Source of the DNA: Candidatus Nomurabacteria bacterium
Lineage (GTDB): Bacteria; Patescibacteriota; Minisyncoccia; Phycocordibacterales; UBA9973
Reading direction: 5' to 3'
Length of the DNA: 46,328 bases
Assembly (NCBI GenBank): GCA_028286705.1
Contig: JAQBRC010000006.1
Coordinates: forward strand, 1-46,328
Every line of letters begins with the position of its first letter. The stretch's first letter is position 1. The notes below the pieces were generated by a model. The model saw only the letters and a list, made by a program, of their open reading frames with translations, made no database searches and was not told the DNA's origin. Shown piece after piece: positions 35,349 through 42,877 of this stretch. The position numbers and the translations under genes were made by a program.

Positions 35349-37085
35349 ATGAAAAAAATACTGTGGCTAACATTTATCTTTACGCTGTTGTTCGTCAGCC
35401 ACAGTTTTGCTGACTACAACCTTACAGCTAAGCCAACCGGTACAACTATTAATGCCACCCTTGTAGGGGGCTTGAATAACTATCAATACCAATTAGTTGT
35501 CCAAACAACTCCCTTTGATTCAACAACTACCTATAGCGGGAAGAAACCAGGAGCGCAGGCATATATAAGTGATCCAATAACATTCAAGAGGGTAGTTGCA
35601 ACCCCACCCCTCACAACCGGAACTGCAACATGGTCAATTATCGGCAACAAAGCCAATACTCTTTACTACATACGGGTATTGGAAATTCCTTCTACTTCTG
35701 CTCCTGCAAAATATGTAACCGAACAGGCTTCCGTTACTACAGGGGCGGTCACTATTTCTTTTGACACACTCAAGACAGAAAAGGTGGCAGATGGGGAAGT
35801 TATTGTTAAGGGAAAAATTACAGATCAACCGTTTAACCCTAGCCAATACAAGGCTATATTGTATTTCACTAAAGAAGTACCCCGGAATGGCGCAACAACA
35901 ATAACAAGCAATACTGGCGCTATTCAAAGCAGCAAGACAGCTGCTCTTGGTGGACCAGAAGGCATCAACGATGATGGCACGTACTATTGGCACCTTTCTG
36001 GCCTGAGTCCAAGTACTACATACTACATCCAGCAGACAATTTCTGCGGGTGTTAATTCAAAGGTTGGATCAATTGACCACTTCGACAGCAGTACAGGAAA
36101 TATTGTTGCATCTGCAACGGATCAAGTTTCATACGACAAAGAGCACAGCTATACGCTGCTGTCTCCATTTCCTAACTTCAGTGTTCTTCCTGATCCTGAC
36201 CTTTGTGCCCAAAAGATAGCGGCAAATGGCGGGGTACGGCCTGCCAATCTTCCTTTCTGTGACATGAACGATGTTATTAACTATTTTCTTAAATTGCTAA
36301 TTGGTCTATCTGCGGTCGTGCTGGTATTCCGTCTAATGTATGAGGGATACGTATACATGACCAGCGATATGCCGTTTAAGCTAGCCAGCTCAAAAGGATC
36401 ATTCTTTGCGGCGCTCGGTGGACTGCTACTAGCACTTACTTCATACATTATTTTAAATACGATTAATCCGAAGTTAGTAAATAACAATATTGGCATAACT
36501 CAACTAGCTATTGGTATTGATGGCGATGCCAACATTCCAACTATCTTTATTCCAACAGGACAAATGCCTAAGGATATATACTGTCCGGGAAGCGGAAAAA
36601 GTGCAGCAATTGCCAAGATTGCTCAAAGCTACAAAGGAAAGGTTACATACAGTCAGACGAATAAAAGTGCGGCTGCACAGTCTGATGGATATGCTCGTCT
36701 CGACTGTTCTAGTTTTGTAAACACAGTATTGAACTGTGCTGGATATAAGGCAGGAACTGATTTCATTAATGAAGGTACTTCATCCATTTTTGGCAATTCA
36801 GAAAAACTCAGCATGTCGACAGACTTTGTTATTAATGGTGGTTCTGTCTCTGTTAAGGGAAAAGTGTTAAATCCTGGAGATTTAGTTGGGTGGCCACCTG
36901 CAGGAGGCGCTGGTCACGTGTTGATATATGTTGGAAACGCAACCTTTATGGATTCTCATGGGGGAGCGGCGGGAAGACAGCCAGGAAACGCCATTGGTGT
37001 CTATACAGCTACTCAGATCAAAACCTTATACGGAGGAAGCGCCGCTTCAAAGACAATAAATTCTATAAAGAGAATACCTGTATAG
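35349..37085 (+). CDS. Fusion protein: signal peptide, two FN3-like domains, T4SS-pilin-like (TrbC/VirB2-like) TM hairpin and a C-terminal NlpC/P60 cell-wall hydrolase
   Basis: FN3-like strings are KANTLYYIRVLE and LSGLSPSTTYYIQQT. The two-helix hairpin is VINYFLKLLIGLSAVVLVFRLMYEGYVYMTSD...FFAALGGLLLALTSYIILNTINPKL. NlpC/P60 catalytic residues are in RLDCSSFVNTVL (Cys), AGHVLIYVG (His) and MDSHG. Confidence 0.75.
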   Translation: MKKILWLTFIFTLLFVSHSFADYNLTAKPTGTTINATLVGGLNNYQYQLVVQTTPFDSTTTYSGKKPGAQAYISDPITFKRVVATPPLTTGTATWSIIGNKANTLYYIRVLEIPSTSAPAKYVTEQASVTTGAVTISFDTLKTEKVADGEVIVKGKITDQPFNPSQYKAILYFTKEVPRNGATTITSNTGAIQSSKTAALGGPEGINDDGTYYWHLSGLSPSTTYYIQQTISAGVNSKVGSIDHFDSSTGNIVASATDQVSYDKEHSYTLLSPFPNFSVLPDPDLCAQKIAANGGVRPANLPFCDMNDVINYFLKLLIGLSAVVLVFRLMYEGYVYMTSDMPFKLASSKGSFFAALGGLLLALTSYIILNTINPKLVNNNIGITQLAIGIDGDANIPTIFIPTGQMPKDIYCPGSGKSAAIAKIAQSYKGKVTYSQTNKSAAAQSDGYARLDCSSFVNTVLNCAGYKAGTDFINEGTSSIFGNSEKLSMSTDFVINGGSVSVKGKVLNPGDLVGWPPAGGAGHVLIYVGNATFMDSHGGAAGRQPGNAIGVYTATQIKTLYGGSAASKTINSIKRIPV

Positions 37086-37097
37086 TACAATACTGAT

Positions 37098-38345
37098 ATG
37101 CGAAAGATTCTCATTATTACTTTGATTTCACTAGTACTCATTATCGGGGGAGTGTATTTCTTCTATTTCAGACCACGAGTGTTGAGTGGTCAACCTGTAC
37201 CAAATGTCCTCACATCATTTTTCCCGAAAGTAACTAGTTCCGGCAATTCTTTTGGAGCTGACGATACAGCAGTTAATCCTGACGGAACACCTGTAACTGC
37301 TACAGCATCTAAGCTTAAGCAGCTTACACCGCGCCCTATAGCGGGCTACACGGCCTTTGATATCTCAACTGCAGTATCTATACCTTCAATTGACCCTAAG
37401 GTAAAACCAACCGTAACAACAAAGACTGACTATTATGTTCGGTATGTTGGAAGAACGAATGGATATGTATATGAAATAAAGAACAACGAGATTCCGTTGC
37501 AGATCAGTAATATCCTTATACCCAATGTCTACGAAGCCTTCTTTGCAGACAGCAACAATACTGCGCTGTTGCGATTCCTTCGTCCGGATGGTCAAACGAT
37601 AGCAACATACAGTGTTCCTGTCCCTCCATTAAATCCAGACAATACACGAACACAGTTGTCTGGCGTATACCTTCCGGACAATATCTTTTCACTCGCTGTT
37701 TCTCCTGACCAGAAACAGATTGCTCGTATCACCGCTGATGACACAGGTACAACACTCAGTGCTTCAACAGCTGCGGGGAAGAACATTAAGGCGCTATACA
37801 AGTCTCCTTTTAATTCATGGATACCTCAATGGAATGCTTCTGGTATCTATCTTCAGACAAAGGCAGCAGCTAGTGCCAACGGATATGTGTATGCAGTTGA
37901 CCAGACTGCCGCACGCTTGAGAAGAATAGTTGGAAACGTGAATGGATTAACAACATCTGTTAGTCCATCAGGTGCATATGTGTTGTATTCTGAAAGTGCT
38001 AATTCATCCTTTGTTACCAAGGTATTTAATACCAAACTGGGTACAACAACAACGCTTAGCCTGAAGATACTGCCTGAAAAATGTACTTGGCTACAAAACG
38101 AAGATTTAATTTGTGCGGGAAATAACAGTGTTGATAACGGGGCGTATCCTGATGCATGGTATGCAGGTACAACACACTTTGTTGATGAGCTATACCGCAT
38201 AACTCCTAATACCAATACATACAGTGTTGTATTTAATGACGGTGCAAGATCATTTGATATGACTAACCTGCAGGTTGATGAAAGCCAGCAATATCTGTAC
38301 TTTGTTGATAAGAACACTGGCATACTCTGGAAATATTCATACTAA
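37098..38345 (+). CDS. Membrane-anchored protein with TolB/PD40-like beta-propeller repeats (last gene of the locus)
   Basis: N-terminal TM helix (ILIITLISLVLIIGGVYFFYF). Repeated strings resemble PD40 blades (LAVSPDQKQIARI, SVSPSGAYVLYSE, LRFLRPDGQTIATY). Confidence 0.6.
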   Translation: MRKILIITLISLVLIIGGVYFFYFRPRVLSGQPVPNVLTSFFPKVTSSGNSFGADDTAVNPDGTPVTATASKLKQLTPRPIAGYTAFDISTAVSIPSIDPKVKPTVTTKTDYYVRYVGRTNGYVYEIKNNEIPLQISNILIPNVYEAFFADSNNTALLRFLRPDGQTIATYSVPVPPLNPDNTRTQLSGVYLPDNIFSLAVSPDQKQIARITADDTGTTLSASTAAGKNIKALYKSPFNSWIPQWNASGIYLQTKAAASANGYVYAVDQTAARLRRIVGNVNGLTTSVSPSGAYVLYSESANSSFVTKVFNTKLGTTTTLSLKILPEKCTWLQNEDLICAGNNSVDNGAYPDAWYAGTTHFVDELYRITPNTNTYSVVFNDGARSFDMTNLQVDESQQYLYFVDKNTGILWKYSY

Positions 38346-38346
38346 T

Positions 38347-38377
38347 AAAAAGACCGAGACATAGTCTCGGTCTTTTT
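38347..38377. terminator. Strong bidirectional terminator closing the T4SS-like locus and yidC
   Basis: Hairpin aaaaagaccgagac/ata/gtctcggtcttttt between convergent genes. Confidence 0.85.
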
Positions 38378-38385
38378 ATTAGTAT

Positions 38386-39099
38386 CTATTGATTCATCTT
38401 GCTGCGAACTGTTCTTCGTAGGTATAGTTCCTGAAGGATAGAGAAGAGATTAGCAACAGTCCAATATAGAGATACGGCTGCAGCTAGGCGACTAGCAATG
38501 AAAATGATGATGATAGGGAGGATGTACTTAGTCTGCACTGACAAACTTTGTGCCAATTGATTCTGCATGTTCTTCTCTCCATTGCTAGGAGCAGTTGGAG
38601 CTGGTGCAAGAAACGCTTGGATGGCTTGAGTAACACCGGCAAGGATGGCGAGAGGGAGAAACGGCTTGGTGATATCAATAAGACCGAGGAATAGATTCTT
38701 TAGGTTTTCTGTTGAGAGGAAACTGTATAGGTGCTCAGGCTGGCTAATACCATGCGAGAAGACACTGTAGAGGGCCAAGAGGATAGGGAGCTGGATAAGG
38801 AGATACAGACATCCAGAGAAGGGGTTAATCTTCTCATCCTTGTACAGAGCCATAGTTGCCTGTGCTTCAGCTTCCTTTGTTAGTCCTTGAGACTTAATAG
38901 CCTGAAGCTTTGGCTCCAATGCCTTCATACGGTATTGTCCGACAATACTCTTCTTGCTGAGAGGGTATAGGGCAAGACGGATAATGATAGTTACAACAAC
39001 CACCGCCAAACCAACGTCTTGGAACGTTATGTGCTGAGCAATGAAGATAAGTGCGTTATAGATCGGCTGGTATATAAGTATGTTCCAAAGGTAAATCAT
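38386..39099 (-). CDS. yidC: Membrane protein insertase YidC (short form)
   Basis: 237 aa, polytopic, with YidC/Oxa1 core strings (YNALIFI, ALYPLSKKS, MKALEPKLQAIK, NPFSGCL.LLIQLPILLALY). Canonical position after rnpA-yidD. Confidence 0.9.
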   Translation of the reverse strand: MIYLWNILIYQPIYNALIFIAQHITFQDVGLAVVVVTIIIRLALYPLSKKSIVGQYRMKALEPKLQAIKSQGLTKEAEAQATMALYKDEKINPFSGCLYLLIQLPILLALYSVFSHGISQPEHLYSFLSTENLKNLFLGLIDITKPFLPLAILAGVTQAIQAFLAPAPTAPSNGEKNMQNQLAQSLSVQTKYILPIIIIFIASRLAAAVSLYWTVANLFSILQELYLRRTVRSKMNQ

Positions 39100-39118
39100 G
39101 ACTGTGATTATAGCATTA

Positions 39119-39358
39119 TTATGGCAGATCTACCTGTGGTTCATTGCCCGGATGACAGCGGCCGATTCTATTAGCTGATTTTCGCAGAGCGGTGAAAAAA
39201 GGGTACTTTTTAAAGACTTCTTGGGCATATTGAGAGCAGGTAGGGTAGAAAATACAGTGTGAACGGGTATAAAAGGGACTTATAAAGGTCCGATACAGCC
39301 AAATAACGCTTAAAGCTATGTAATTAGGTATTTTTTTGAGCTTTTTCAAGTAATGCAT
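39119..39358 (-). CDS. yidD: Membrane protein insertion efficiency factor YidD
   Basis: LYRTFISPF...CIFYPTCSQYAQEVFKKY...RIGRCHPG is the YidD signature. Overlaps the rnpA 3' end by 35 nt. Confidence 0.88.
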   Translation of the reverse strand: MHYLKKLKKIPNYIALSVIWLYRTFISPFYTRSHCIFYPTCSQYAQEVFKKYPFFTALRKSANRIGRCHPGNEPQVDLP

Positions 39359-39656
39359 TGAGGTTCTGCTGTAATTCGCTATATGTCATATCATATACCT
39401 GTTTTGAGACATATAATATAGCTTCTGCTGAAAAACCCTTATATTGCTTGAATAGGGTATATAACTGACGGCGTACTTTGTTGCGCAATACAGCTTTTTT
39501 CTGGTGTTTTGAGCCTGTAACGACGGTAAAACCGTTGTTTTCCAAGGAATTAGCGTATTTTAGGGTACCTACACGGTTAAAAACCACCTTTAAATCGTTA
39601 TTTAATAGGAGATTTGCAACTTGAGAACGAGAAAGCCGTGTGTGTGACGGCAGCAT
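39324..39656 (-). CDS. rnpA: Ribonuclease P protein component
   Basis: The product from the ATG at 39656 (MLPSHTRLSRSQV...AVLRNKVRRQLY) is RnpA-like, with an RNR-type motif. It starts 4 nt after the rpmH stop. The track's longer N-terminus overlaps rpmH. Confidence 0.85.
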   Translation of the reverse strand: MLPSHTRLSRSQVANLLLNNDLKVVFNRVGTLKYANSLENNGFTVVTGSKHQKKAVLRNKVRRQLYTLFKQYKGFSAEAILYVSKQVYDMTYSELQQNLNALLEKAQKNT

Positions 39657-39660
39657 AAAG

Positions 39661-39798
39661 CTAAACAGTTGAGAGCTGGGCGCGGCCCTTACGGCGACGA
39701 GCGAGCAATACTTTTCGGCCAGTAGCAGTAGCACTGCGGACTAGAAATCCGTGTGTTGTTGCTCGCTTCTTCTTTTTTGGCTGATATGTTTGAGACAT
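39661..39798 (-). CDS. rpmH: 50S ribosomal protein L34 (45 aa; too short for the ORF track)
   Basis: Manual translation of the minus strand gives [45 protein letters not shown], a clear L34 sequence. The 61-aa track ORF at 39689-39874 is a wrong-frame shadow. Confidence 0.92.
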   Translation of the reverse strand: MSQTYQPKKKKRATTHGFLVRSATATGRKVLLARRRKGRAQLSTV

Positions 39799-39865
39799 AG
39801 AGTAGGTGCACTATACACAAAAATATTCTATTAATCAAGTAGTCTTTTTTCCCTCCGTTTCTGCT

Positions 39866-39895
39866 ATAATCCACTCAATCCACAGCTTATCCACT
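39866..39895 (+). promoter_or_regulatory. Three tandem DnaA-box-like 9-mers upstream of dnaA (oriC/dnaA-promoter region)
   Basis: TAATCCACT (39867-39875), CAATCCACA (39876-39884) and TTATCCACT (39887-39895), compared with the consensus TTATCCACA. -10-like boxes are TATAAT (39865-39870) and TATGAT (39921-39926). Confidence 0.65.
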
Positions 39896-39933
39896 TTTAT
39901 TAGATATTGGGAAAAGTCTGTATGATGTAATCA

Positions 39934-41292
39934 ATGGAAACCACTCTTACTCAACTTTGGGACACATGCCTTGGTGTGATTGAATCGCAGCTTACAAAAG
40001 CTACGTTTACTACTTGGTTTAAGAATACTGGTATCAACAAGGAAGAAGAAGGTATCATCTACATCAGCGTACCAAACGAATTCGTTCGCGAATGGCTAAT
40101 GACTAAATACAACAAGCTTATCCTTAAGGCCATTGTTGAACACGCTTCACACATTCGCGCTATTGAGTTTGTCATTAGTCGCCTTCCAGCACCTGCAGTC
40201 TCTCCAGACACTTCCTTGTTCGCTGTACCAGCTAATCAGCCATCTACACTTCCTCTGCAGAACGTCTATATTAACCGAGACGACAATTTAAACCCTCGCT
40301 ATACCTTTAACACCTTTATCGTTGGTCAGTTCAATGAGCTGGCGTATGCATCCGCACAGGGTGTGGTGAAGCGACTGCAAAATGCATACAACCCATTGTT
40401 TATTTATGGTGCAAGTGGATTAGGAAAGACACACCTTATCCAAGCCATTGGAAATGAAATCAAGAAATTGTATCCAGACAAGAAAGTCTTGTATACAAGT
40501 CTTGAAAAATTCATGAATGAATATGTTTCATCGGTGCAGAACAATCGCCAGCAGGCGTTTCAGGATAAATACTGCAAGTTTGATGTGTTAATCATGGATG
40601 ATATTCAGTTTATCTCTGGAAAAGAGGGAACACAGAACGCATTGTTCCATATCTTTAATGTTCTTTATGAGCAGAACAAGAATATTATCTTTTCATCTGA
40701 TAAGCACCCTAACCATATTATTGGTCTTGAGGATCGTCTAAAGACTCGTTTCAATGCAGGTATGACTATCGACATTCAAGAACCAGATCTTGAATCTCGT
40801 ATGGCTATTATTCAGGAAAAAGCACTATCTCAGGAATTCCCATTGGAACCAGAAGTACTTTCATATATTGCTTCTGTCATTACAGGCAGTATTCGTGAGA
40901 TAGAAGGGGTATTGAACCTTATAGCCATGCAGTCTGACATGAAGCAGAAGGCTATTAGTCTGACTGAAATCAAAGGATTGATTAAGAACAGTGTTAAACC
41001 AAAACGTGTTATTTCTATTGATTCAGTAGTTAAGATGGTTTCTGACTATTACAATCTCGATGAACAGGTTATATATGAAAAGACTCGCAGAAAAGAGATC
41101 GTACGTGCTCGTCAGATTATCATGTTCGTTCTTCGAGAAGACTTTAATGAGTCATATCCTTCTATTGGTGCAAAACTAGGAGGAAAGGATCATACAACGG
41201 TGATTCACTCCTATGAAAAGATTAAAGGAGAGCTTGTCAGTGACCCTCATCTGATGAAAGAGTTGGAAGATATTAGAATCCTTTTCAAATAG
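39934..41292 (+). CDS. dnaA: Chromosomal replication initiator protein DnaA
   Basis: Walker A is GASGLGKTHL, Walker B is LIMDDIQF, and the C-terminal DNA-binding signature is GGKDHTTVIHSYEKI. Confidence 0.95.
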   Translation: METTLTQLWDTCLGVIESQLTKATFTTWFKNTGINKEEEGIIYISVPNEFVREWLMTKYNKLILKAIVEHASHIRAIEFVISRLPAPAVSPDTSLFAVPANQPSTLPLQNVYINRDDNLNPRYTFNTFIVGQFNELAYASAQGVVKRLQNAYNPLFIYGASGLGKTHLIQAIGNEIKKLYPDKKVLYTSLEKFMNEYVSSVQNNRQQAFQDKYCKFDVLIMDDIQFISGKEGTQNALFHIFNVLYEQNKNIIFSSDKHPNHIIGLEDRLKTRFNAGMTIDIQEPDLESRMAIIQEKALSQEFPLEPEVLSYIASVITGSIREIEGVLNLIAMQSDMKQKAISLTEIKGLIKNSVKPKRVISIDSVVKMVSDYYNLDEQVIYEKTRRKEIVRARQIIMFVLREDFNESYPSIGAKLGGKDHTTVIHSYEKIKGELVSDPHLMKELEDIRILFK

Positions 41293-41382
41293 TTGGGGAT
41301 ACGTGGGGAAAACGATTGCATAACTCTATGAAAACTTTTAGCAAAAAATACAAACTCAAAAACTCTGCATATTCAGTATCCT

Positions 41383-41489
41383 CAATCCACAATGCCTCTG
41401 TCAAAAACCAATTGCAAATACACGCTCAATCGAACTTATCCACAATCCACACCCTATATACGAATACTTTAAAGAATAGATAAAAATTT
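41383..41489 (+). promoter_or_regulatory. oriC-like element: DnaA-box cluster plus AT-rich stretch in the dnaA-dnaN spacer
   Basis: CAATCCACA (41383-41391), a perfect TTATCCACA (41436-41444) and an overlapping CAATCCACA (41443-41451). These are followed by the AT-rich stretch ccctatatacgaatactttaaagaatagataaaaattt up to the dnaN ATG. Confidence 0.6.
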
Positions 41490-42587
41490 ATGAATATAAC
41501 ATGTACAACAGAAAAGTTGAAAAACGCAGTCAGTCTTGCAGAAAGAATGACAGGGAAGGCATTAACATTACCGACACTGCATGCAATCCTTTTGATTGCA
41601 TCAGGTAACTCAATTAAGATTCGCTCGACTAACCTTAACCTTGGTATTGAGATAGAAATTCCTGCAACTGTTGAAGAAGAAGGACAGGTATTGATTAAGG
41701 GAGAAATTCTGGCGAATGTCTGCAATCATCTTAGTGACGCTAGTGAAGTACGCCTCACACTTGATCACGATAATTTAACTATTCAAACACCTCAACACAC
41801 GACAGTTATCAAGTCATTGCCGGCTGATGATTTTCCAACACTCCCTATCGTAGAAGGGGAACAGATTGAGCTTAAGACTAGTGTGCTTCAGGAAGGTATA
41901 CGTTCCGTATACTTCTGTGCAGCTATAACAGATATTAAGCCTGAAATTGCTAGTATCTTTATGTACAGTGAAGGAAGTAACCTTTGTTTTGTAGCGACAG
42001 ACTCGTTTCGTCTAGCTGAAAAGAAAATTCAAGTTAAGGGCATTCCTGAAATTTCTAAGATTCTCATACCTTTCAAGAATATTGCTGACATTCTTCGAGT
42101 GCTCGATGCTGCCCCTGACACTATACGTATTACATACAGCCGCAATCAGATAGCCTTTTATGCCAACGGACTATATCTAACCTCTCGTTTGATTGATGGA
42201 GGTTTTCCCCCATATCAGCTTATTATCCCCAAAGAGACACTTACCAAAGTTGTTCTGTTAAAACAGGAACTGCTTAATACTCTTCGTCTCTCAACAATAT
42301 TTGCTGACAAGTTCTTCCAAGTGTCATTTGCCATTCCTGAGGATATGAAGAACATTACCCTTAGCTCAAAGAACAGTGACGTTGGCTCCTCAGTGTCGAT
42401 TGTAGATGCTGCAGTTGAAGGTGCGGCCATTGAGGTGGATTTCAACCTAAAGTACTTCCTTGATGTATTTCAGGCCCTTACAGGGGATAGTGTATCTATT
42501 TCCTTCACTCAACCTAACAAGCCTATTGTTGTTAAGAGTGTCAGTGACAATTCCTTCCTTTATCTACTGATGCCAACCAATCGCTAA
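41490..42587 (+). CDS. dnaN: DNA polymerase III beta subunit (sliding clamp)
   Basis: 365 aa in the canonical position after dnaA. Typical clamp strings (ATDSFRLAE, LIDGGFPPYQLIIP, YLLMP) are present. Confidence 0.93.
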   Translation: MNITCTTEKLKNAVSLAERMTGKALTLPTLHAILLIASGNSIKIRSTNLNLGIEIEIPATVEEEGQVLIKGEILANVCNHLSDASEVRLTLDHDNLTIQTPQHTTVIKSLPADDFPTLPIVEGEQIELKTSVLQEGIRSVYFCAAITDIKPEIASIFMYSEGSNLCFVATDSFRLAEKKIQVKGIPEISKILIPFKNIADILRVLDAAPDTIRITYSRNQIAFYANGLYLTSRLIDGGFPPYQLIIPKETLTKVVLLKQELLNTLRLSTIFADKFFQVSFAIPEDMKNITLSSKNSDVGSSVSIVDAAVEGAAIEVDFNLKYFLDVFQALTGDSVSISFTQPNKPIVVKSVSDNSFLYLLMPTNR

Positions 42588-42588
42588 T

Positions 42589-42840
42589 ATGGATCTGTTT
42601 CAATCCATTCTCTCTCAGTTAAAGGATAAGATTGATAAGGACAGCTCTGTTACTGTTGATGCTGCCAAGATAATTAGCGATATAACTAAGACGACAATTC
42701 TTCCAGATCAGATAACTATTGTTAAGGGGGTGTTGAGAATCAAAGCGTCTCCGACGCTTAAGATGGTATTAATGCTTAATAATGCAAAGATACTGAAGGC
42801 ACTGCAGGATAGCGGGGTGAAGATACACCAGGTGCAATAA
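42589..42840 (+). CDS. Small DUF721/DciA-like protein
   Basis: 83 aa, starting 1 nt after the dnaN stop. The pattern ...IVKGVLRIKASPTLKMVLMLNNAKILKALQ... resembles the DUF721 core (x-G-x-L-x-V-x-V-x-S-x-W/L...EL...IL..L). The call rests on the position next to dnaN plus that pattern only. Confidence 0.5.
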   Translation: MDLFQSILSQLKDKIDKDSSVTVDAAKIISDITKTTILPDQITIVKGVLRIKASPTLKMVLMLNNAKILKALQDSGVKIHQVQ

Positions 42841-42870
42841 AAAAGACCCCATATAGAGGGGTCTTTTTTT
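42839..42870. terminator. Bidirectional terminator
   Basis: Hairpin aaaaaagacccc/atataga/ggggtcttttttt between convergent genes. Confidence 0.8.
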
Positions 42871-42877
42871 ATGAGTA

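Noticed and set aside
39689-39874. 61-aa minus-strand ORF upstream of rnpA
   Set aside because: It is the wrong frame. The true gene here is rpmH (L34, 39661-39798), found by manual translation.
41426-41725. 99-aa minus-strand ORF
   Set aside because: It lies antisense across the oriC-like spacer and the dnaN 5' end, with no motifs.
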